Source: a virus. From it: a DNA stretch of 64,000 nt. The stretch is from positions 1 to 64,000 of the IMG/VR virus record IMGVR_UViG_3300047157_000068; one strand, 5' to 3'. The stretch's first letter is position 1, and every line of letters starts with the position of its first letter. Shown piece after piece: positions 52,851 through 60,825 of the stretch. Position numbers and translations under genes: made by a program. The notes under the pieces are model-generated. The model was not told where the DNA came from. It worked only from the letters and a program-made list of their open reading frames with translations, and made no database searches.

Positions 52851-53121
52851 ATCTTATGATAGCATATACATCACCTACTTGTAATAACAAATGATCTTCT
52901 CCTTGGTGTTTCATTGGTGTAGGCATTGCATGTTCTGCATATTGAACAACATCACCTATTTGTATTTCAGTAACCTCATCACCTCTACCTACCACTTTAC
53001 CTTGAAATGTTTGCTTAAGTGCTATCTCAGGTAGATATAACCCTGACTTAGTTTTTGTTTCTGGTTTTATCTCTTTTATTAAGAGTTTCATCCCTACTGG
53101 TACTACTACTTGATTTTTCAT
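52843..53121 (-). CDS. groES: GroES-like co-chaperonin
   Basis: PVGMKLLIK...KTKSGLYLP...GKVVGRG...IQIGDVVQY; start likely MKNQ at 53121. Confidence 0.9.
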   Translation of the reverse strand: MKNQVVVPVGMKLLIKEIKPETKTKSGLYLPEIALKQTFQGKVVGRGDEVTEIQIGDVVQYAEHAMPTPMKHQGEDHLLLQVGDVYAIIRYE

Positions 53122-53200
53122 TTTTTTTATTTGTTGATTTATAATTAAATTCCGGTTCATCCCAATAGCAAAATAACCATTGTGTTTTGTTTTTACTCAT
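53048..53200 (-). CDS. Micro-ORF, 50 aa (MSKNKTQWLFCYWDEP...)
   Basis: ATG directly after the upstream stop; overlaps the groES 5' end. Confidence 0.4.
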   Translation of the reverse strand: MSKNKTQWLFCYWDEPEFNYKSTNKKNEKSSSSTSRDETLNKRDKTRNKN

Positions 53201-53719
53201 CTACATTTGATCATAAGCAAGTCCTGCACCTCCACGTACTGAGCTTTCTTGTTCTTGTCTCATATCTGTAAATGCACCTTTATATGACTGTCTTATATTT
53301 TCAAACTTAGCAGCTGCATTTACCATAGCATTGATATTTCCGTCTCTACCGTGTTCTATTGCCGTAACTTCCATATACTTAGCCAATCTATCTAACATAG
53401 ATTTTATACCTACATATGCTCTATATGTTGGAGTTTCATATAATTTCTTACACATATCTAAAGCATATCTTATTTTACTGTCTTCAGGAGATTCTTCAAG
53501 TTGTATTTCTTCTATAATTATATCCTCTTTTTCATGTTCAGGTAAATTAAAAAAAGGATTTAGATCAGGATTAGGACATGACATATAAAATAAATATTGG
53601 TATACTGCCATATGTGTATCAGGATATTCTTCCATTATACCTTTTAAAAATGGTAATGCATAACAGTGTTCTGTTAATACAACTTTACTATTTTGAATAT
53701 CAAATAATCTTATCACCAT
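53201..53719 (-). CDS. Candidate terminase small subunit
   Basis: Helical 172-aa protein close upstream of terL, ending VRGGAGLAYDQM; assignment by synteny only. Confidence 0.45.
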   Translation of the reverse strand: MVIRLFDIQNSKVVLTEHCYALPFLKGIMEEYPDTHMAVYQYLFYMSCPNPDLNPFFNLPEHEKEDIIIEEIQLEESPEDSKIRYALDMCKKLYETPTYRAYVGIKSMLDRLAKYMEVTAIEHGRDGNINAMVNAAAKFENIRQSYKGAFTDMRQEQESSVRGGAGLAYDQM

Positions 53720-53979
53720 TATTTATTTATTTTTTGAAATGTTAATACATCTTTTTTTAATTCTTCATATCCAATAACTAAAATGATTGGTTTAGTTTGA
53801 CCAAATAGCAATACTTCTGCATGTGTATTCTGAAACTTATCTGTAGCTACATGAAAGTATTCTTTAAACCACACTACTTTACCTAGATCAATACATATTT
53901 TTGTTTGCTCAAATCTAAAATCAGTAGGTACTTTAGATTTTCTTGATTGTATTTCTACTGCTGCTGTATATTCTTTCAT
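53719..53979 (-). CDS. Hypothetical protein
   Basis: ATGA overlap with the upstream stop gives start MKEYTAAV. Confidence 0.65.
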   Translation of the reverse strand: MKEYTAAVEIQSRKSKVPTDFRFEQTKICIDLGKVVWFKEYFHVATDKFQNTHAEVLLFGQTKPIILVIGYEELKKDVLTFQKINK

Positions 53980-54791
53980 AGTTTGTTGTCTTTTAACCAC
54001 ATTATAATAGAATTAACTTCATCCTTTAGATATGGTAGTTCATAGATTTTAATATTTTCTAAAACTGGCTCTCCATTTACATGTTCATTAATAGGATAAC
54101 CATTAGCATCTTCACCAACTTGTTTAAACTTTACATGTTGTATAGTTAGTTTGCCTATTTTTAATTTAGGGTTGTGCTTTTTAATAATATACGCATAAAT
54201 ACTGAGCTGTAAGTTATAATGATTTAAATTACAATCATCTAAATGATTAACAGGCTTATACATTTTATTAGTTATTCCTTCCCAATTAGTAAATCCTTTT
54301 TCTTTTATTTCTTTATTTGTCTTGTAATCATTGATATTTATGTAACCATTAACTACTTCAACTACATCTGCTTGACCACATAAACCAACTGATTTTAAAT
54401 ATACTAAATGTTCAGGATAAACTCCTTCATCAAGTTTTTGCTTTGGTGCAATTTTAATTCCTTGTTCATCAATAATAGGTTTAATGATAGGAACTTCCAC
54501 ACCATGTCTACCAATTGTTTTAAGATCTAGCATATCCGCTTCTCTTTGGTTATGATAAAAGTTACCAAGTTTAATTGCTCTTTCAGTTTCACCATCCCAT
54601 GCAGCAATAATCTCTTTTGGTGTCATACCATACCACTTAGATCTTTTATTCTTAGATGATTTTTTGGCTTGACCATCTCTATCAAACTTAGGTTTAAACT
54701 TAGCAATGAATGATGTTACACTTAGCCAGTTTATTTTTTCTTCGTTAGTGCTTTCATACACATGACCTTCTTCTATAAATTTTAGTCCCAT
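53976..54791 (-). CDS. PD-(D/E)xK exonuclease
   Basis: SVTSFI, GNFYH, PEHLV, GQAD, INDYKT, YNLQLSIY motifs. Confidence 0.85.
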   Translation of the reverse strand: MGLKFIEEGHVYESTNEEKINWLSVTSFIAKFKPKFDRDGQAKKSSKNKRSKWYGMTPKEIIAAWDGETERAIKLGNFYHNQREADMLDLKTIGRHGVEVPIIKPIIDEQGIKIAPKQKLDEGVYPEHLVYLKSVGLCGQADVVEVVNGYININDYKTNKEIKEKGFTNWEGITNKMYKPVNHLDDCNLNHYNLQLSIYAYIIKKHNPKLKIGKLTIQHVKFKQVGEDANGYPINEHVNGEPVLENIKIYELPYLKDEVNSIIMWLKDNKL

Positions 54792-54793
54792 AT

Positions 54794-54886
54794 CTATGAT
54801 ATTGTAGTATACCAGTATGAGTTAGTATTCTTTATCTCTAAAGAAGTTACAGTATCATTGTATACATAGTTAATTATTAATTTCAT
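54794..54886 (-). CDS. Micro-ORF, 30 aa (MKLIINYVYNDTVTSLEIKNTNSYWYTTIS)
   Basis: Fills the gap between two genes with tight spacing at both ends. Confidence 0.4.
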   Translation of the reverse strand: MKLIINYVYNDTVTSLEIKNTNSYWYTTIS

Positions 54887-55205
54887 TATCTTCTATTTGT
54901 TTTGTTATTAATTCTTCTTGTTCTTCTGATGTATATGAATCCCAATATCCTTTTGGACACTCAGAAGATAAAGATCTTACTTTAAAAGCTAAACTGCAAC
55001 CACAACTTGCACAACAAGGCTGAGTACCAGGAGCCATACACTTATCACCTCCTGCATCAAATAAAGAACATTTGATACAAACCTGAAATCTATCAGTTGC
55101 TACTGCTTCAATGTGTTCTTTTTTAAAAATGCTATTCTTAATTCCTTCTGCAATTTTATCTGCATTTTTAAATACATCAAGATATTTACTCCACTTCCCT
55201 TTCAT
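54870..55205 (-). CDS. Small Cys-rich metal-binding protein
   Basis: CxxC...CCxxCGC...CPKGYW. Confidence 0.75.
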   Translation of the reverse strand: MKGKWSKYLDVFKNADKIAEGIKNSIFKKEHIEAVATDRFQVCIKCSLFDAGGDKCMAPGTQPCCASCGCSLAFKVRSLSSECPKGYWDSYTSEEQEELITKQIEDNEINN

Positions 55206-55551
55206 TTCTAAATTCTTTTTTCTTTAGTATGTCTTTTTCTAATTGATCCATAGCGGCATTCATTTGCTTTATGTTATTGTGAATTTCTTCACTTTGTGCA
55301 AAACCGTTATATGTTCTTTTAGTTATATTACCCAATAAACTTTTGTTTTTTAAAATAGCCTTTTCAAGTTTATTTTTTCTTAGGTAAAATGTACCTAATC
55401 CATCTATATTTATTCTAGGATAAGCTAAGGTTGAAAGTTTCTTTCTAACTTTTGCATAATAAAATGATATAAAATCATCTACAACTGATGGATGAACTCC
55501 AACCTCATCTGCAATACCCTTTCTCAAGTCTTTATGATTCTTCGGATTCAC
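55186..55551 (-). CDS. IHF/HU-like DNA-binding protein
   Basis: IADEVGV...INIDGLGTF motif. Confidence 0.7.
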   Translation of the reverse strand: MNPKNHKDLRKGIADEVGVHPSVVDDFISFYYAKVRKKLSTLAYPRINIDGLGTFYLRKNKLEKAILKNKSLLGNITKRTYNGFAQSEEIHNNIKQMNAAMDQLEKDILKKKEFRNEREVE

Positions 55552-55903
55552 GGCCTAATATTTTATAGTCTAATAAAACTAGACCATTGGATTGAACATT
55601 AATATTAGGATTTAATTTAATTGTTTTTTTATTGTGTCCCGTTTTAATCAATAAACCCTTTTTTTCTGCCTTAGTAATAGCATTTCTAGCAGATTGTGCA
55701 CTTTTAAATATGTTAGTTTCAACAGTATTAGTGCAAAATTTAGTTAATTCAACGCCTTTTTGTTTTGCTAATTCACTTAAAAAATCTAAGTCAGAATTAC
55801 TTATACGTATATCATTAAAGAAACAATATGTGACTATCTGATACTTTATTGATACATTGATATCTACTTGGTGCTTAAGATCTACTTTATTTACTAGTGC
55901 CAT
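55532..55903 (-). CDS. Winged-helix DNA-binding protein (putative)
   Basis: SAQSARNAITKAEKKGLLIK...IKLNP pattern. Confidence 0.55.
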   Translation of the reverse strand: MALVNKVDLKHQVDINVSIKYQIVTYCFFNDIRISNSDLDFLSELAKQKGVELTKFCTNTVETNIFKSAQSARNAITKAEKKGLLIKTGHNKKTIKLNPNINVQSNGLVLLDYKILGRESEES

Positions 55904-55904
55904 T

Positions 55905-56828
55905 TTATAAACTCATTATCATATCAACAAAATCAGGATGAGGATAACAATCCATCTTTCCTTTTCTAACATTGGTATGTGTTAACAATCCTTTGACTTT
56001 ACCGTAATATGCATCTTCTTGAAAATCAAATCCTTTTGTTGGACCAAACTTTTTTATGTATTGCTTTAATCCAAGTCTTATGTCTATCTCATCTCTTTCA
56101 GCAACATACTTAATCCACTTTTCAGTTTCTTTAATCTGTTCATCTGAGTAGTTATGCCAATGTAATTTACCTTTAAAATGCTCAGGTAACTCACATACTT
56201 GTTCTTTAATACATTTAGAACCTACATAAGTAGTAAGATCTTTACTATCTAAGTAGCCCATATTACATATTTCTAATCCTACAGAATGACGGTTCATATA
56301 ACCAGATCCTGTTCTACCTAAATGCCAACCCTGACATCCTTCTGGAAATGCCTGAACCATAACACCATTAAATTCATCATCACCATTTCTATGATTAATA
56401 CCACCTAAAACAAATTCAGTAGCAATTCTACCTCTTGAATCTCTTCCCCAGTGATCAATACATCTGTATGGGTTTGGGTTTCCTGCTGTATGATGTAAAA
56501 ATATATAGTGATTTTTTATTGGGCCTTTAATATATTCTCCTTTAGGTAAATAATGTCTGTGGATTACTTGATCAAATCTTGTAGTAAAATACTGTGATGT
56601 TGAATCAGTATCCTCATCTATTGCCTCATCTATAGTATACTCCATGTTAAGTACTAATACCCACATGTCTGCATCAACTACTCCAGTCACCATTAGACCT
56701 TTGTCTAATTGAAATCTTTCTACAGCTTTTTCTGTTAAGGGTCCAAAGACCCCATCTGCGGTAAGTCCTAATGCTGTCTGTAGAGTTTTTACATCAGAAC
56801 CTCTGCTACCTTTCTTAAGCTGTTTCAC
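55905..56828 (-). CDS. Endolysin: N-acetylmuramoyl-L-alanine amidase with N-terminal PG-binding domain
   Basis: LKKGSRGSDVKTLQ...DGVFGPLT; LHHTAG, WHLG, SVGLEI, LTH, KMDC amidase_2 motifs. Confidence 0.9.
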   Translation of the reverse strand: MKQLKKGSRGSDVKTLQTALGLTADGVFGPLTEKAVERFQLDKGLMVTGVVDADMWVLVLNMEYTIDEAIDEDTDSTSQYFTTRFDQVIHRHYLPKGEYIKGPIKNHYIFLHHTAGNPNPYRCIDHWGRDSRGRIATEFVLGGINHRNGDDEFNGVMVQAFPEGCQGWHLGRTGSGYMNRHSVGLEICNMGYLDSKDLTTYVGSKCIKEQVCELPEHFKGKLHWHNYSDEQIKETEKWIKYVAERDEIDIRLGLKQYIKKFGPTKGFDFQEDAYYGKVKGLLTHTNVRKGKMDCYPHPDFVDMIMSL

Positions 56829-57126
56829 CTTGCATTGCTTTTACCATTGCTTCTTGAAATGCTTTACCTTCTTCTGTATTAGGATCTGGAGCACCTTCAC
56901 CTTTTTGAGCAGCATACTGTTGAGCCATAAACATTTGAGCTTGCATACGCTCTGCTCTAGCTTTTTCAATAGCAGCTAAAAGTGTTTCATAATCTGCTTG
57001 AACTTCTAAATGAGGAATGTTGTCTTTGTAGAATTGAGTTATCTCTTCTCTACGTGCTGCCATTTCTTCTTTTGACATTTCTGGATTAGTATCCTGAAGA
57101 TTTGGGTTGGTTTTTGAATTTGACAT
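56815..57126 (-). CDS. Hypothetical helical protein
   Basis: ORF track; overlaps the amidase start. Confidence 0.7.
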   Translation of the reverse strand: MSNSKTNPNLQDTNPEMSKEEMAARREEITQFYKDNIPHLEVQADYETLLAAIEKARAERMQAQMFMAQQYAAQKGEGAPDPNTEEGKAFQEAMVKAMQGETA

Positions 57127-57152
57127 GTTACTGTTTTTAAAGTTAATAAAAA

Positions 57153-57160
57153 CAAAAGTA
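57153..57160 (-). promoter_or_regulatory. Bacteroidota -7 element TACTTTTG
   Basis: TAnnTTTG match ~27 nt upstream of the 57126 start. Confidence 0.45.
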
Positions 57161-57186
57161 ACAAAAATAGTTTAAATAAAAAAAGT

Positions 57187-57447
57187 TTAGATAGTTATTT
57201 TAGAAACCGTATTACGTCTAAGTACGTCAATTAACATTTTGGCTTCCGAATATTGCCATATTTTGATTGTCATTGCAGGATCTTGAATATACCATCCTCC
57301 ATCTTCTTCAGCTTCATCATTACCTCCAGTATGAAACAGCATGTCTCCAAATTCAATGCTAAAATAATAATATCCTTCTGGCCAATCATCATCTTCATGA
57401 TGACCCATTTTAGTAAATCCTAGTTCTTTCAAATTTGCTGCTGTCAT
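57187..57447 (-). CDS. Hypothetical protein (LKELGF N-terminus)
   Basis: ORF track. Confidence 0.7.
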   Translation of the reverse strand: MTAANLKELGFTKMGHHEDDDWPEGYYYFSIEFGDMLFHTGGNDEAEEDGGWYIQDPAMTIKIWQYSEAKMLIDVLRRNTVSKITI

Positions 57448-57450
57448 ATC

Positions 57451-57744
57451 CTACCATTTAACTTTGTCTGCCCAGTAAGCAGCAGACATTTTGCCTTTCT
57501 TTATGTTTTTGCCATGCCTAGCCTTAAAACTTTTACGTTTAGCTTTCATTTTAGCTGACTCACCTGCTTTTGGTTTACCGGCAGTCTTTGCACCCTTTTG
57601 TCCAAAACGTATAGTCTTAATCTTGTCTCCTTCTTTGGCTACAACAATATGAGATTTCTTTGGGTGTCCTGGTGTACGTTTAGGCTTGTTATATCCTGAT
57701 ACACCAGCTTTAGCTAATCTACTATCTTTTTTCTTAACTGCCAT
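57451..57744 (-). CDS. Small highly basic protein (RFGQ...SFKARH...SAAYWA..W)
   Basis: Very Lys-rich; motif recalled from many marine phages. Confidence 0.8.
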   Translation of the reverse strand: MAVKKKDSRLAKAGVSGYNKPKRTPGHPKKSHIVVAKEGDKIKTIRFGQKGAKTAGKPKAGESAKMKAKRKSFKARHGKNIKKGKMSAAYWADKVKW

Positions 57745-57986
57745 TATCTTTTCTTTCCTTTATGCAAACCATGTTTTGCGTGTTGTTTACCTTTCTTGGT
57801 AGCAGCACGTTTCTTTGCATTAGCTGCAGCCAATTTCTTTTTACCTTTCTTAGTACTCTTAAGTTTAGATATAGTTCTAGAAGGTGCATATACCTCTCCG
57901 GTTTCGGAAGATTTCTTTCCGCTTGCCGTTCTCCATTTCTGCTTAGTCCATCTAGTTAGACTTTTTTGTTGTTTAGTCTTTGCCAT
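57744..57986 (-). CDS. Small highly basic protein (QKSLTRWTKQKW)
   Basis: TAATG coupling on both sides. Confidence 0.8.
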   Translation of the reverse strand: MAKTKQQKSLTRWTKQKWRTASGKKSSETGEVYAPSRTISKLKSTKKGKKKLAAANAKKRAATKKGKQHAKHGLHKGKKR

Positions 57987-58207
57987 TACTTACATCTTGA
58001 TTCTTGTAGCCTAATAATTTCTTTTTCTAATTCTACAATCTTATCTTCCGATTCATTGATCATTTTTATTTTTTTTTCTAGCCTAGATTCTAGTACAATC
58101 ATATCATCTGATAATTGTGCTATTTGGCTATATGCTATACCCATTGTGAATATAATACCTATGATCCAGATTATATTACCAATATTTAGCGTTAGGTCTT
58201 TCATCAT
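57986..58207 (-). CDS. Single-TM plus coiled-coil protein (holin/spanin-like candidate)
   Basis: IIWIIGIIFTMGIAY followed by heptad repeats. Confidence 0.6.
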   Translation of the reverse strand: MMKDLTLNIGNIIWIIGIIFTMGIAYSQIAQLSDDMIVLESRLEKKIKMINESEDKIVELEKEIIRLQESRCK

Positions 58208-58410
58208 TTCTTGGATTTGTATCCACCTCCGTTAGCTTTGTAACGTTTAGCAAGCATTTGAGCTTTACGTGCAGACCATTGACCCGGTGCACCACCTTTA
58301 CTACCAGCCTTGATAGAATTAAATAATCTTTTACGCATTCCCGGTTTAGTGTAGTTACCACTACTATTTACGGTACTTTTCTTTTTAGTTGTTTTTCTTT
58401 TTAATGCCAT
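58204..58410 (-). CDS. Small highly basic protein (GGAPGQWSARKAQ)
   Basis: YTKP...WSARKAQ...GGGY motif. Confidence 0.8.
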   Translation of the reverse strand: MALKRKTTKKKSTVNSSGNYTKPGMRKRLFNSIKAGSKGGAPGQWSARKAQMLAKRYKANGGGYKSKK

Positions 58411-58414
58411 AACT

Positions 58415-58738
58415 TTATGCTTTGTATGTTTCTGGATACGCCTTAAACATTATATCTCTTAATTTTGCACACTTTTCATAGTCTTCTTCTTCTACGAAGT
58501 ACGCTATTATATTTTCTAATTCTTCAAGTTTTGGTCCGTTATCTGGATCATAAGCCATCACTAATTCTTTTCCTTCACTGAATTGACTTGATATAAGTTC
58601 GTCAAAAGTTATTTCTCCGGCCAGCAACATCCAAGCATTATTGTATGCAGTATCTAATATAATAGCATCCATTTGCATTTGTTGTATATCTGACAGTCCA
58701 CCCCCTTCTGTCTTATCATTATCATCCCAGTCTGCCAT
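58415..58738 (-). CDS. Acidic protein with C-terminal UVR (UvrB/C) motif
   Basis: FVEEEDYEKCAKLRD. Confidence 0.7.
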   Translation of the reverse strand: MADWDDNDKTEGGGLSDIQQMQMDAIILDTAYNNAWMLLAGEITFDELISSQFSEGKELVMAYDPDNGPKLEELENIIAYFVEEEDYEKCAKLRDIMFKAYPETYKA

Positions 58739-58774
58739 ATCATTTTATTTAGTGAGTAACTCTTCTATAAGAAC

Positions 58775-58784
58775 AATATACTAA
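58775..58784 (-). promoter_or_regulatory. Phage promoter motif TTAGTATATT heading the leftward block
   Basis: GTATATT core 37 nt upstream of the first leftward gene. Confidence 0.55.
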
Positions 58785-58899
58785 ATTTAAAAATCCTATG
58801 AAAATTTTTCTAGCACAACATGCCCCCGCCTACTGTAAAATTGTCCCTACGCCCCACCAAAAAATTGTGTGTTTGGCACTTTCAAGAGGTATTACTGTA

Positions 58900-59777
58900 C
58901 TGCTCCCCAACTAAGTTTTGCACCGGTGGTACCCCCTATCAACATTGGCTACTGCTGTGCAACTTGTGTAGAGATACAAAACAAGTGTACTAAAAAATAA
59001 AATGTACACATCTGTATCTCTCACAACGGAGTAGTGTAGTGCTACTGTGTCAACGTAAGTATCTACTGAATATCAGTACATCATTGATTTGTTTGTATTC
59101 ATCAGTAACTATAGTACGTACACACACTCACTACATAAAGGCATTTTCCAATGCCTCTGCTCCCAAACTATATAACGCATAGGTAATTATGCTTAATAAA
59201 CTTTCAGTAAATGTATTACCACATTTATAATCAAAAATTAAATATTAAACATTATGAATTTAGTAACAGTAAGAAAATCAGAAGACGGATTAACAGTAAG
59301 AACATCTAAAAACCCATTATACGGCTTTGTAGTAATGGAACAAAAAGGTGCATTTGCTGTATCAGCAACAGGCTGGGTGGATATAAAGACACCAACGTGT
59401 CTAATCCAAGGTACTATGGAAAACCTTAAAGCAATGGAAGAAACATTGAATAAAGGTTTAGTAGGTAAGATTGTGCATAAGGAAAGCTTAGAGCCTTTCA
59501 ATCTAAAAAATCCTATGAATGATATTAAGTATGCAGGTAAAACAAAGATAGCTTGCTCTGTAAAAGGAAAGCCTATCTATAGAGTATCTACATTTAGTGC
59601 TGATATTAATGCTGTAGATGAATTGATTGCTCATGATAATGGTAAACAAATATCTGAAGCTAACTTAAAAGGTCAGGCTGTAGAGAGTTTAAGTGCTCTT
59701 AAAGCAGAACCTGTAACTGCGTAACTGTAACATTAGGCTGTAGGCGTGCATTTCCATGCACGTCTGCTCCCTAACTA
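58900..59777 (+). repeat. Three copies of CTGCTCCCnAACTA (58900-58913, 59157-59170, 59764-59777), two preceded by TTCC-loop hairpins
   Basis: Read directly from the sequence. Confidence 0.85.
59254..59724 (+). CDS. Early protein, beta-rich (possible OB-fold/SSB-like); paralog of the 63702 gene
   Basis: Shares NPxYGF, GW, GKIVxxESLEPFN and KYAGxT with the 63702 gene. Confidence 0.75.
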   Translation: MNLVTVRKSEDGLTVRTSKNPLYGFVVMEQKGAFAVSATGWVDIKTPTCLIQGTMENLKAMEETLNKGLVGKIVHKESLEPFNLKNPMNDIKYAGKTKIACSVKGKPIYRVSTFSADINAVDELIAHDNGKQISEANLKGQAVESLSALKAEPVTA

Positions 59778-60105
59778 CAGCATGTTAGAACAAAATAGTT
59801 AACATTAACTAACAAAACTAAAAATGTTAGACTATAGTTACAAAACAGTTAGATAAACTTATTTATTGTGGTAATTTTATTTTATTTGTGTGTGTCACTC
59901 TGAATGTGAGGTCTTATACCCACTAAATACCACCTTTTACCACTCTTGTAACTATGAGTGTTACTAATAATATAAATATAGCTAACGTTACTACAAGCGT
60001 AACAATTACACTCAACAATACAACAAGGGTAGTCTTTGTCTCTTCCTCTATAGGATAAGAGCCATATTACCCGCAATATCAATAATCCTTAAATACTAAA
60101 TCATT

Positions 60106-60444
60106 ATGCAAATCAAATCAAAAACTAAATTACCAGAAACTGTAATAACTATCAGGTTAACCTCAGCAAAAGAAATGTATGACTTCAGTGAACTTACACA
60201 TAGCCATACAGAGTATGATACTGATTGGGATGAACTACTGTATACATTGAGTGAGTACAAAGGTATTGATTCACATATATATCTTCAGTATCCATCAGAT
60301 ATGCAACTCAAGAATGGGGATGTAGTTTGCACTATAACTTTGTATTGTAAAGATTATGAGAAACTAGATTATCTTGAGGCAGAGATAACCAAAAGAATAT
60401 CAACTGTATTAACAGTTACTTGGCCTTGGGAAAGGGATAACTAA
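60106..60444 (+). CDS. Hypothetical early protein
   Basis: ORF track; leader ACTAAATCATT-ATG. Confidence 0.75.
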   Translation: MQIKSKTKLPETVITIRLTSAKEMYDFSELTHSHTEYDTDWDELLYTLSEYKGIDSHIYLQYPSDMQLKNGDVVCTITLYCKDYEKLDYLEAEITKRISTVLTVTWPWERDN

Positions 60445-60468
60445 ATCATTCACTAAAACTAAATCGTA

Positions 60469-60645
60469 ATGGAAATAGCAAACATAGAAAGAAACTACAA
60501 CAAGCATGAAGATAAATATGAAATCGTTATGTGGGTAAAAGATACCGTAAATCATTCTAGAACACCAATAGTAGTAAAAGATACTACAAACAATAGCCTT
60601 AACTATGCTTATGCAAGTAAGCTATTTAAATCTTGGAATAAATAA
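60469..60645 (+). CDS. Small hypothetical protein, 58 aa (MEIANIERNYNK...)
   Basis: Leader ACTAAATCGTA-ATG; TAATG coupling to the next ORF. Confidence 0.65.
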   Translation: MEIANIERNYNKHEDKYEIVMWVKDTVNHSRTPIVVKDTTNNSLNYAYASKLFKSWNK

Positions 60646-60815
60646 TGTTCTTTGAAGATGCACAAGATGCTTGGGATTTATATAGTATAAGTCCTGAGCT
60701 AACATGTACCTGTGATGAAGTACATACATGTCAACAATGCTATGAAGAATGGCAAGAAGAAAAGAAACTTAGACTTCAAAGACTTGAAGATGCTCTGAAA
60801 GAGAGTAAAGAATAA
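60645..60815 (+). CDS. Small Zn-finger-like protein, 56 aa (CTCDEVHTCQQC)
   Basis: Translationally coupled; four Cys plus His. Confidence 0.65.
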   Translation: MFFEDAQDAWDLYSISPELTCTCDEVHTCQQCYEEWQEEKKLRLQRLEDALKESKE

Positions 60816-60825
60816 TAACTAATAA

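Noticed and set aside
58900-59777. CRISPR mini-array from the CTGCTCCCnAACTA repeats
   Set aside because: The repeats are only 14 bp, are spaced 257 and 607 bp apart with a gene in between, and there are no cas genes.
59882-60082. Minus-strand 66-aa ORF in the early intergenic region
   Set aside because: Opposite to local gene orientation, atypical composition, and overlaps a regulatory motif; probably non-coding.
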